This document shows positions 7,363 through 14,585 of a DNA stretch of 20,000 nucleotides, piece by piece. The stretch comes from an uncultured virus (IMG/VR IMGVR_UViG_2772190671_000001). Taxonomy: Duplodnaviria; Heunggongvirae; Uroviricota; Caudoviricetes. The notes beneath the pieces are model-generated. The model was not told where the DNA came from. It did no database searches and was given only the letters and a program-made list of their open reading frames with translations. The stretch lies in IMG/VR virus record IMGVR_UViG_2772190671_000001; one strand, written 5' to 3'. The number at the start of each line of letters is the position of its first letter. Positions within the stretch are counted from its first letter, which is position 1. The position numbers and the translations under genes were made by a program.

Positions 7363-8630
7363 CAGTTCTCGCCGCCCACAGGGCGCGCCGCGATCTCAAA
7401 CACAGAGAGGTGCCGGGTGAGGCAGGTACTCAGGTCTGGGTCTTGATACGCGCCAGCGCCTGTTGCTGCCGGGTAGAGGTCGGCGATCCAGATGTCGCCG
7501 TCGCCCACTCGCCACAAGTTCTCGAGGAATGTGGATCGCTCGGAGTGGGTTGGCCAGCGCCCGGATGAAGCTTCGAAGGCCCCGGCCCACGTCTCGATAA
7601 CCCTCGCGACGTATTCCGTTACGCCGACCTTGCCCATCTCCTCTTCACTGAGCCCGAAGTGGAGGAGCCCCGTTCGCCGGGATCCCGCGTAGGCGGCGGC
7701 TCGGGCGACACGGCCGATGTAGATGTCGGCGTCGAGAAGGGTGTTGATCTGGGCCTGAATGCCTTGGGTGAGCTTGTCGTCGGGATACTCCCCTGCCGCA
7801 CTGAGCCAGGCAGAGGTCCACTGCTGAAGAGCGTCCTCTCGGTCCGCCGCCTTGAGCGCCTCGGTCGCGTCGGCCTCGCCGAACCAGGCTGCATGTTGAG
7901 CGGCGTAAAGGACGCGGTGAGCATCCTCCCGTTTCCGCAACTGCTGGACGCTGGCCCGGAACTTGTCCAGAGCTTCGTTATCGATCTCGCCGAACTGTTC
8001 GTTTGTCCAGACGTCTACCGCTGCCTCGATCAGGGAATCTGCCGTCGGTTCTGCTGCGGGAGCGCCCCCGACGATCCTTCGCGCCTCCGCCTGCAGGGCA
8101 GTCACCTTGTTCCAGGCGATGCCGCAGACGTAGCGGAAAGTCCTGTCGGGCTTGACCTTCTGGTTGGCCATGGCGGCGTCGACGATGTCGGCCCACATCC
8201 AGGTGGGGATGCCGGCGACGCGGAAGCGTTCGATGCTCTGCTTCCAGCCGTCGTCCAGCGGGACCTTCTCGGTCTCGTCCTTGCCGACGTGCCACCGGTT
8301 CCATTCGGCGAGGAATGCGTCGCGGTACTCGTCCTTCGGCTTCTCCAGTTCCTGAAGGTTGACCGCGGCCTGCTTCATGGCGGCGGCCCAGCGGAGGGCG
8401 TCGTCGCTGACGCCGGCGACGACTGCGGAGTCGACGGTGGCGCTGCTCTTGCCGCTATTGCAGGGCTCGCAGCTGGTGGCGAGGTTCGTCGGTTCGTCGG
8501 TGCCGCCGAGCGCGACGGGGGTGACGTGATCGACGCGCAGCGGTACGTCCGGGGCGGACGCGCCGCAGTAGCGGCAGGTGTGGTTGTCCCTGCGGAGGAT
8601 CTCGTAACGGAGGCGCTTGGAGACAGGCAT
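7362..8630 (-). CDS. HNH endonuclease-domain protein with DnaD-like and repeated helical C-terminal domains (422 aa)
   Basis: RYEILRRDNHTCRYCG...VDHVTPVALGG....NL..SCEPCNSGK is a zinc-binding HNH; AAAGGA RBS before ATG 8630; TGATG overlap with the initiator. Confidence 0.88.
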   Translation of the reverse strand: MPVSKRLRYEILRRDNHTCRYCGASAPDVPLRVDHVTPVALGGTDEPTNLATSCEPCNSGKSSATVDSAVVAGVSDDALRWAAAMKQAAVNLQELEKPKDEYRDAFLAEWNRWHVGKDETEKVPLDDGWKQSIERFRVAGIPTWMWADIVDAAMANQKVKPDRTFRYVCGIAWNKVTALQAEARRIVGGAPAAEPTADSLIEAAVDVWTNEQFGEIDNEALDKFRASVQQLRKREDAHRVLYAAQHAAWFGEADATEALKAADREDALQQWTSAWLSAAGEYPDDKLTQGIQAQINTLLDADIYIGRVARAAAYAGSRRTGLLHFGLSEEEMGKVGVTEYVARVIETWAGAFEASSGRWPTHSERSTFLENLWRVGDGDIWIADLYPAATGAGAYQDPDLSTCLTRHLSVFEIAARPVGGEN

Positions 8631-8709
8631 GAATTGGTGTCCTTTGATCGTTCTGTACAGCGGTGTCTGCGAGCGCGAAGAGCCGCACGGGGACTGAGAA
8701 TTAACGCTC

Positions 8710-8786
8710 CCGTGTACGTACACGACCCTACCGGTCGTGTACGTACACGGCAACGTTCTATCTGGCGCGCGTGTACATACACGCGC
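8710..8786. promoter_or_regulatory. Three palindromic operator-like sites CGTGTAC(G/A)TACACG between divergent genes
   Basis: Perfect 14-bp palindromes at 8711-8724 and 8736-8749, one-mismatch copy at 8770-8783; TACGCT -10-like hexamer at 8787-8792. Confidence 0.8.
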
Positions 8787-8798
8787 TACGCTCACGGC

Positions 8799-9041
8799 AT
8801 GGCCCCGAAGGAGACCCACACGACCGCGCGCCCCGTCCGCATCCCGAAAGAGGACTGGGACGCTTTCGGCGCGCTCGTGGGTGATCGGGAGCGGTCGCGG
8901 TTGATCCGCGAGTTCATCGCCTGGTACCTGCGCCGGCCGAAGGCGACGCTGCCCAAGCGGCCGGACGCCGCGATCCATCGCTCCGACGGCAAGGTTGTGG
9001 CCGTCGAGGTGAAAAGCACGCACCGACCGCCTGGGCACTGA
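8799..9041 (+). CDS. Ribbon-helix-helix-like DNA-binding protein (80 aa)
   Basis: RPVRIPKEDWDAFGALVG-DRERSRLIREFIAWYL fits beta-helix-helix; probably leaderless (ATG 6 nt after TACGCT, no RBS). Confidence 0.75.
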   Translation: MAPKETHTTARPVRIPKEDWDAFGALVGDRERSRLIREFIAWYLRRPKATLPKRPDAAIHRSDGKVVAVEVKSTHRPPGH

Positions 9042-9060
9042 CCTCATCGCTCCTCCTCCC

Positions 9061-9082
9061 CGGCCCCGCTTGTGCGGGGCCG
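9061..9082 (+). terminator. Stem-loop between the convergent RHH and HTH genes
   Basis: CGGCCCCGC-TTGT-GCGGGGCCG followed by TTGTCGTGT. Confidence 0.6.
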
Positions 9083-9096
9083 TTGTCGTGTCCGGG

Positions 9097-9441
9097 CTAG
9101 GCGGCTTGTCGGCTGCGGGCGTAGTAGACGGTTTGTCGGGTGCAGCCGACGCGTTCGGCGGTGACCCGCGCGGGGAGCCCCCACTGGTCGCATTGGGCGA
9201 TCGCGGCACGCCGTTCGATCCAGGTGAGGTCTGCGGGCGGTTCTCCGGCGGCGGCCCGTTCGACGGCGATCTCGTCGGGTGCGGGCGGCGCCCATGTCCA
9301 GTCGTTGCCGGCGGCCCGTCGTTTACTGCGGGCGCGGTGGACGGTGCGCTGGGAGCAGCCGAGTTGTTCAGCGACGGCCCGGGCTGAGAGCCCCTGCTCG
9401 TCGAGTTCGGCGATGGCGGCGTGGAGTTCGGCGGCGTTCAT
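9097..9441 (-). CDS. Tandem helix-turn-helix protein (114 aa)
   Basis: GLSARAVAEQLGCSQRTVHR and GLPARVTAERVGCTRQTVYY; ATGA-coupled to whiB. Confidence 0.85.
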   Translation of the reverse strand: MNAAELHAAIAELDEQGLSARAVAEQLGCSQRTVHRARSKRRAAGNDWTWAPPAPDEIAVERAAAGEPPADLTWIERRAAIAQCDQWGLPARVTAERVGCTRQTVYYARSRQAA

Positions 9442-9692
9442 GCGGCTTCTCCCATCTGGCGTCGCGTCACTCGGCGTTGTTGCTGGCTGGCGCCGCCCCA
9501 GATCCCGGTCATGGCGCCGTCGACGGCTTCGAGCCGGTTGGCGTGGGCGGTGCAGTCGGGTCGGACGGGGCATTCACCGCAGATGCGTTTCGGCTGGCGG
9601 CTGCCGTGGCCGGGTCCGGTTTCGGTCCACGCTTCGGGGTCGGCTTGGGCGCAGAGAGCGGCGTCCATCCAGGCGTAGCGGTCGGCGGTCAC
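9438..9692 (-). CDS. whiB: WhiB family transcriptional regulator (84 aa)
   Basis: WMDAALC...KRICGECPVRPDC...GIWGG: four Fe-S cysteines plus the G(V/I)WGG turn; GTG at 9692 overlaps the upstream stop. Confidence 0.92.
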   Translation of the reverse strand: MTADRYAWMDAALCAQADPEAWTETGPGHGSRQPKRICGECPVRPDCTAHANRLEAVDGAMTGIWGGASQQQRRVTRRQMGEAA

Positions 9693-10105
9693 GCGGCCAT
9701 CCCCAATCCCGCAACGGCCTTGCGCCACTGCCTGTCGGCGGTGAGGTGGACGGTGCACAGGCCGCGCCCAGAACGCGCCTTGCGGCAGCCGTCGACGGTG
9801 CACAGCTGGTCGGGGCCGAGCATCCCGGCGTCGGCTTCCCACTCCTTGACGAGCCGCTCGTACACGCTGAGGTGGACGGAGACGACGGCGCGTTCCATGC
9901 CGTGGCGCCGGAGCCAGAGGGCGGCTTCGCGGAGTTCATCGCGGGTGAGCTCGGGCCTCGGCGTCTCGCCGGTGATGGCCCGCTCGACGGCGTAGTAGTC
10001 GACCTGCTCGGTGCTGAACTGGTCTTCGGTGGCCGGCGGGATGTAGACGGGGCGACGGCCGCAGGCGCGGCTGGCGGTGAGCTTGAGGTGGCGCCTCTCG
10101 ATCAT
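9689..10105 (-). CDS. HTH-like protein with C-terminal CCCH zinc finger (138 aa)
   Basis: DYYAVERAITGE..LTRDE domain; CTVDGC...RGLCTVH; GGAGG RBS, ATGA coupling. Confidence 0.75.
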   Translation of the reverse strand: MIERRHLKLTASRACGRRPVYIPPATEDQFSTEQVDYYAVERAITGETPRPELTRDELREAALWLRRHGMERAVVSVHLSVYERLVKEWEADAGMLGPDQLCTVDGCRKARSGRGLCTVHLTADRQWRKAVAGLGMAA

Positions 10106-10293
10106 GAGATGTCCTCCTTCCGGCTGGCAGTGGGCAGTGCGTTGATGCGGCGGCAGGTCCACAGGGCGTCGATGTCGATGCCGCGTTGGTTGTCGGGTGC
10201 GGCGGGGATGTGGCGGCGTTCGCGCCAGAGGCTGCGGACGGCGAGCACGGCGCCGGGGGCGAGGACGGCCGGCACGAGCCAGGCGAGGTTCAC
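10102..10293 (-). CDS. Small membrane-anchored protein (63 aa)
   Basis: Hydrophobic N-terminus LAWLVPAVLAPGAVLAV; coupled at both ends. Confidence 0.7.
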   Translation of the reverse strand: MNLAWLVPAVLAPGAVLAVRSLWRERRHIPAAPDNQRGIDIDALWTCRRINALPTASRKEDIS

Positions 10294-10637
10294 GCGGCGG
10301 CCCTCCTAGCGGCGGCGGTGCCTTTCCAGGTGCGCACCCCGCTGTGGTGGACGGTGGGGCGGGCGGAGCAGGCCCAGCCCGCTTTCTTCACGTAGCCCTC
10401 GTCCTGCAGGAGGGTCATGAGCCGGCCCCAGTGAGCTTGCGGGTTCGGGGGCTGCGGCAGCTGGTGGGCGTCGGCGATCTCGAAGGTGGTGAAGGTGCGG
10501 CCCGACGCGGCGGCGGCTATGAACTTGGGCCAGACTTCGGCGAGCCACGACTCGTAGTCCTCGGCCTGCCGCTGCGTCTTCGTCTGCCGCGGCTCGGGGA
10601 CGCTGCCGTCGAGGGCGGGCTGCACGATCGCGGTCAT
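10290..10637 (-). CDS. Hypothetical protein, possible winged helix (115 aa)
   Basis: FTTFEIA...HWGRLM..L..EGYVKKAG pattern; coupled at both ends. Confidence 0.75.
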   Translation of the reverse strand: MTAIVQPALDGSVPEPRQTKTQRQAEDYESWLAEVWPKFIAAAASGRTFTTFEIADAHQLPQPPNPQAHWGRLMTLLQDEGYVKKAGWACSARPTVHHSGVRTWKGTAAARRAAA

Positions 10638-11485
10638 GACGCCGCCTCGTCCTGCTCCGCGCTGCCTGTGGGCAGTTCGATGACCTGGCCCTGGTCACCG
10701 TGGCCTAGCGTGGGGCGGTCCTCGCGCAGCTCTGCGTGCAACCAACGCAGCCCTTTCGGGGTGACCACGGTGTACGGGTGCGCGCCGGCCGCGCTGACCT
10801 CTGTGCGCACCGCGAAGTACCCGCGGTCGATGAGGTTCTGGTAGGGCAGAGTGGAGTTCTGCATGATGATCCCCATCCCGCGGAGCAGGTTGAGGAACCG
10901 CGTGCGGCCGACGCCCGTAACTGGGGCGAGGACCTTGGCCACTGCCCCCATGTCGAGGTAGCCGTCGGCGGCGATCAAGTCGTCGTACCCCTCAGCCTTT
11001 GGTGCGAGTTCGGCCACCTCACGGGAGAGTTCCGCGTTGGTGGTGGCGAGGTGCTGCTCGCGTTCCAGGGCGGCGATGTACCGATGTGCGAGCTCCAGCT
11101 CCGTCATCGGTCGTTCGGCCCGGACTTCCGCCTCCCGGGTGCGCATCGCGAAGTAGGCCTGCGCTGATGCGACCTCCGGCTTGTTCGGGTCGCCGTTCAT
11201 CGCAAGCAGATAGGCGGCGACTCGGGTGAGGCGGTAATCAACCGAGGCGGGGCCGCTCTGACCTGCAACTTTACGCGTCTCCGTAAAGTTCTCCGCCACG
11301 TCGAGGCCCTGATTGCGCGCTGCCGTCTTGGCCCGCCCGAGGGCGGGAGCCAGAGACTGCCACTTGCGGTAGCCCATGAGGGCCTGAAGATCGCGAGCGG
11401 ACCACCGGCCGTCTGCTCCCATAGCAGCGTCGAAGGGCGACCCCGTTGGCTCTTCAGGGTCGGGGGTGGCGACGAGGGTCTTCAC
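10634..11485 (-). CDS. Phage antirepressor: DinD/BRO-like N-domain plus KilAC (ANT) C-domain (283 aa)
   Basis: WSARDL..LMGY.KW ... DYRLTR.AAYL.AMNGDP.KPEVA.AQAYFA.RTREAE; APKAE.YD ... GR..FL..LR ... LPYQ..IDRGYF ... VTPKGL.WL; GGAGG RBS before GTG 11485. Confidence 0.88.
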   Translation of the reverse strand: MKTLVATPDPEEPTGSPFDAAMGADGRWSARDLQALMGYRKWQSLAPALGRAKTAARNQGLDVAENFTETRKVAGQSGPASVDYRLTRVAAYLLAMNGDPNKPEVASAQAYFAMRTREAEVRAERPMTELELAHRYIAALEREQHLATTNAELSREVAELAPKAEGYDDLIAADGYLDMGAVAKVLAPVTGVGRTRFLNLLRGMGIIMQNSTLPYQNLIDRGYFAVRTEVSAAGAHPYTVVTPKGLRWLHAELREDRPTLGHGDQGQVIELPTGSAEQDEAAS

Positions 11486-11516
11486 AGGTTCCTCCCGGGG
11501 TGTGGTGTGCTGGTGG

Positions 11517-11549
11517 TGGGGCCGCCCCGATTCCCGCGGGGCGGCCTCA
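11517..11549. terminator. Intergenic stem-loop
   Basis: GGCCGCCCCG-ATTCCCG-CGGGGCGGCC 10-bp stem. Confidence 0.5.
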
Positions 11550-11559
11550 GGTGTGCGGG

Positions 11560-12342
11560 CTACTGCTCGGTGGGCTCGGGCGCGGGTTCGGCCTGCGGTT
11601 CGGCGGCCAGCCAGGCGAGGAGCGGGCCGGCGATGTCGCGCGCTCCCTGCGGGCGCTGGATGACCTTGCGATTGAGGGCCGGGCAGCGGGACTTGAGGAC
11701 TTCGAGGGTGTTGTCTATGTCCATCGCCACGGCAACGTCGAACTCGTACTCGATGCCCTTGCGCTGCTCGGGCCGGGTGCCGACCTGCTTCGGCTTGCCG
11801 TTCTCCAGCACCCATTCCGTGTAGGAGCGCATCGAGGCGACGACGTGGCCGGGGTAGGCGAGGATCGCGGCGACCATGTCGTTCTGCATGGGGGTGCCGT
11901 CTTTCCAGCCGGCGAACTTGTTGCCGCCGTACCTGCTGCTGGCCTTCTCGACCTGGTCGAGGGTTCCGTCGGTGCCCTTCCAGAAGTGGGAGAGGCTGTC
12001 GACGAACACGGTCGGGTATCCGGCGTGCGCCGCGGCGTCGAGGGCACGGGCAAGGTCTCGCGGGTCGTAGCGGTCCATGGCGAGGGTGTCGAACTGGATG
12101 CCGCCGATCCCGGCGTACAGGCTGGCTGCACCCTTCTCGGTGTCGATGACGGCGAACCGCTTGCCCTCGGACAGGCCGTGGCAGATGCCGAGGCCGGTCC
12201 AGGTCTTGCCGGAGCCGGACAGTCCCTGGATGGACAGGCGGGCCTTACGGCCGGCCTTGCTGGCGGGGCTGAACGCGAAGTGCTCAGAGGTGGCCTGCTG
12301 GGCAGGGCGAGCAGCGCGGACAGGCGGCGGAAGCTGGGTCAC
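11560..12342 (-). CDS. AAA family ATPase, Sak4-like single-strand annealing protein (260 aa)
   Basis: Walker A GLSGSGKT, VIDTE, Walker B VFVDSLSH, GIEYEFD; GTGA-coupled to the exonuclease. Confidence 0.87.
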   Translation of the reverse strand: MTQLPPPVRAARPAQQATSEHFAFSPASKAGRKARLSIQGLSGSGKTWTGLGICHGLSEGKRFAVIDTEKGAASLYAGIGGIQFDTLAMDRYDPRDLARALDAAAHAGYPTVFVDSLSHFWKGTDGTLDQVEKASSRYGGNKFAGWKDGTPMQNDMVAAILAYPGHVVASMRSYTEWVLENGKPKQVGTRPEQRKGIEYEFDVAVAMDIDNTLEVLKSRCPALNRKVIQRPQGARDIAGPLLAWLAAEPQAEPAPEPTEQ

Positions 12343-13172
12343 GAGTTCTCCTGGGCGTACTTGCGCTCCACCCACGAGGGGAGCGAGAGGTAGGTGGTGC
12401 CTTCGCTGTAGGCGGGCCAGTGGCCGGTCTGTCGACACATGGCGTAGGTCCACAAGGCGCGGTCGTTGAGTTCGCCGCCGATCACGCGGGCGGGGAAGTC
12501 GAGTTCGACGACGGTCACCAGGTAGGGCGGTTGCTTTTCCTGGAAGACGAACTTGAAGGAGCCGCTGGGCGGGATGAGTCCGAGGTGGATGGCGCCGCGG
12601 CGGTAGAAGTCGTCTTGCTGGTGGTAGCCGTAGTCCTGCACGGCTTTCTGCAGGTAGTCGGGGTGGACGGACCGTGCGGACTTGTAGTCGACGATCTCGT
12701 CGGGGCGGAGCCAGTCGATGCGGCTGCGCCGCCAGATGTCGTCCTCTTCCCAGAAGATCGACTGTTCGGCGAGGCCGCTCCCTGGGGTGAGGAGATCGGA
12801 TGCTTCGGGGTGGTTGGCGAGGGCTTCGGCCATGTCGTCGATCCGCTGTCGCGCCTCGGCTTTGAGGGGGACACCGCCGGCTGCCCGTATGGCGGCGAGC
12901 CGGGCCTTCGTCTCGTTGGTGTCCCAGCGCTTCTCGTCGACGACGACGAGCTCGGGGCCGTTGCCGAGGATCACGGTGTGCGCGGCGGTGCCGAACTCGA
13001 ACTCGGGCTTGTAGGGCTCGGGGTTGTCGAGGAAGTACTTGAAGCGGGCGGGGCAGTCGGCGAGGCGGCGGGCGCCGGTCGAGGAGAGGCTGCCTCCGGG
13101 GATCGGGTCGGAGTGGTAGAGCTCGGCGTCGATGTCGTACAGGCCGGGCTGCACCTCGACCGTGGCGGTCAT
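12339..13172 (-). CDS. RecE/exonuclease VIII-like PD-(D/E)XK nuclease (DUF3799-type, 277 aa)
   Basis: YH....SLSSTG, FGTAAH, EQSIFW, RSRIDWL, IVDYKS, YGYHQQ..FY, FVFQEK.PPY motifs. Confidence 0.9.
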   Translation of the reverse strand: MTATVEVQPGLYDIDAELYHSDPIPGGSLSSTGARRLADCPARFKYFLDNPEPYKPEFEFGTAAHTVILGNGPELVVVDEKRWDTNETKARLAAIRAAGGVPLKAEARQRIDDMAEALANHPEASDLLTPGSGLAEQSIFWEEDDIWRRSRIDWLRPDEIVDYKSARSVHPDYLQKAVQDYGYHQQDDFYRRGAIHLGLIPPSGSFKFVFQEKQPPYLVTVVELDFPARVIGGELNDRALWTYAMCRQTGHWPAYSEGTTYLSLPSWVERKYAQENS

Positions 13173-13504
13173 GCGACGCCGTCCAGGGGCATCGGGCGGG
13201 CGCACGCCTCACACAGGCCGGCGGGAACGAACGGGCCGTCGGTGCCCTGGCAGCGGGTGCAGCGGATCGCGGCGGCGGCCTGGAGTTTGGCGAGGCCGTC
13301 CTCGTCGTACCGGGCCAGGTGCAGCGCCTCGGACAGTTCCGGGTAGGCGTCGCGAAGGATGGCCCGGTTGCGGACGTCTGCGGATTCGATGGCGGCCATG
13401 AGGTGCTGGGTGAAGGTGCCGGGCTGCGCGCCGCCGCACCGGTCGTAGCGCCACAGCACGTGACGTGCGGTCTCCGTCGTGATGGTGATGCTGCTGGTGC
13501 TCAT
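13169..13504 (-). CDS. Hypothetical protein with C-terminal zinc ribbon (111 aa)
   Basis: GGAG RBS before ATG 13504; CTRC...CEAC. Confidence 0.78.
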   Translation of the reverse strand: MSTSSITITTETARHVLWRYDRCGGAQPGTFTQHLMAAIESADVRNRAILRDAYPELSEALHLARYDEDGLAKLQAAAAIRCTRCQGTDGPFVPAGLCEACARPMPLDGVA

Positions 13505-13528
13505 GTGATCTCCAAGAGGGTGTGGGGT

Positions 13529-13575
13529 GCCGGGCGCCGCCCCGCCGAGGGGGAGGGGTGGGGCGGCGCCTCGGC
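13529..13575. terminator. Intergenic stem-loop
   Basis: GGCGCCGCCCCGCC...GGTGGGGCGGCGCC 14-bp stem with one G:U on the + strand. Confidence 0.5.
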
Positions 13576-13635
13576 TGCCGCGGAGCTTTGGGGGAAGAGC
13601 TCGACGCGGCCGTATGGGAGGTGTCGGCCGGGCCG

Positions 13636-14178
13636 CTAGTCGGCGTCGGCGAGCTCGACGACCCGGTTGTGGGCCTCGTTGAAGTCGTCGGTGTCGAGGC
13701 CCATCCACGGCACGCGGTGCGTCATGGCGACCATGACGTCGAGGGCGTTGTAGCCGTCCGCCTTGAACTCGGCGGCGGTGGCCTCGATGTCGGCGTCCGT
13801 GTAGGTACCGTTGTGGGTGACGTCGCCTGGCATGTAGCTGCTGCCGGGCTCGTCGCACCAGGCGTAGCTGAGCTTTGCGTACAGGTCCCGTGCGGTCTTG
13901 CTGCTGATGGTGACCTGGAGGTAGTCCTCGTCGCGTGTCCAGTCGATGCCGGACTCCACCAGGATGGCGACGCCCTTGAAGGCGTCCTCGCGGCGCATCG
14001 CTTCCGCGATGGCGCGACCGTCGTGGTGGCCGATTCGCCAGCGGGCTGGGCAGTTGATCGACTGGTCGTTCGGCATGCGGAAGACGACGAGGCCGGGTGC
14101 GGCCTGGATGGCGTCGGGGACGGTGTAGCGCTGCTCGCCGTGGACGACCATGCGGTACTCGGTGGTCTCACCGATCAT
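13636..14178 (-). CDS. Hypothetical acidic protein (180 aa)
   Basis: AGGAG RBS; strong GC3 codon bias. Confidence 0.85.
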   Translation of the reverse strand: MIGETTEYRMVVHGEQRYTVPDAIQAAPGLVVFRMPNDQSINCPARWRIGHHDGRAIAEAMRREDAFKGVAILVESGIDWTRDEDYLQVTISSKTARDLYAKLSYAWCDEPGSSYMPGDVTHNGTYTDADIEATAAEFKADGYNALDVMVAMTHRVPWMGLDTDDFNEAHNRVVELADAD

Positions 14179-14205
14179 GAGGATCTCCTGTGGGATGCTG
14201 GTGTC

Positions 14206-14239
14206 GGATCCCCGGGCGTCGGTAGCGCTCGGGGGTTTT
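14206..14239 (+). terminator. Intrinsic terminator-like hairpin oriented antisense to the early operon
   Basis: GGATCCCCGGGCG-TCGGTAG-CGCTCGGGGG followed by TTTT; G:U pairs only on the + strand. Confidence 0.6.
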
Positions 14240-14248
14240 GCTGTCCGG

Positions 14249-14434
14249 TTAGGCGGCGGCCGGGCTGGTGGGCTTGCGGCGCCTCGCGATGCGCACCGAC
14301 TGGTTGCCGCGGGTCTGGCAGGGACAGTTCGGGTGGTGCTGGCGGCTGATGGCGAGCTGTCCCGGCTGGCCGCTCACGGTCGTGATCACGTGGTGGCCGT
14401 TGCGGATGCCGTCGATGCTGGTGGGCTTACGCAT
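14249..14434 (-). CDS. Hypothetical basic protein (61 aa)
   Basis: GAGGA RBS; start overlaps the end of 14427..14564; HHPNCPC. Confidence 0.55.
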   Translation of the reverse strand: MRKPTSIDGIRNGHHVITTVSGQPGQLAISRQHHPNCPCQTRGNQSVRIARRRKPTSPAAA

Positions 14435-14564
14435 CGGCGTCGTCCTCGGTGAGGCTGGCCTCGAACTCGGCGTCCACGGCGTCCTGAAGGTCGCTGAAGA
14501 ACCGGGAAGCGAAGCGGTGGAAGGCCTCCCCGTCGGGGGTCAGCTCGGTGGTGTTCTCGGACAT
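14427..14564 (-). CDS. Small acidic protein (45 aa), absent from the ORF track
   Basis: AAGGAG RBS, ATG 14564, TAA 14427; MSENTTELTPDGEAFHRFASRFFSDLQDAVDAEFEASLTEDDADA; fills the gap in the operon. Confidence 0.75.
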   Translation of the reverse strand: MSENTTELTPDGEAFHRFASRFFSDLQDAVDAEFEASLTEDDADA

Positions 14565-14585
14565 GGGTTCTCCTTGCGGTGGCGG

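Noticed and set aside
2949..8630. MTase plus HNH as a restriction-modification pair
   Set aside because: Separated by about 3.6 kb of unrelated genes; the HNH is coupled to the replication initiator
8710..8786. Possible mini-CRISPR array from three near-identical palindromes
   Set aside because: Repeats are only 14 bp with 11- and 20-bp gaps and no cas genes; the RecE-like nuclease lacks Cas4 Fe-S cysteines; operator interpretation fits better
7659..8798. Long N-terminal extension of the + strand ORF 7659..9041
   Set aside because: Antisense to the HNH gene; only the part from ATG 8799 looks like a real protein
7362..9041. RHH plus HNH as a type II toxin-antitoxin pair
   Set aside because: Genes are divergent rather than co-transcribed and the HNH protein is large and coupled to replication genes; not excluded but unsupported
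711..10637. Many proteins ending in EAA/GEAA as a shared C-terminal tag
   Set aside because: Explained by the next gene's GGAGG RBS plus GCATGA/GCGTGA stop-start overlap
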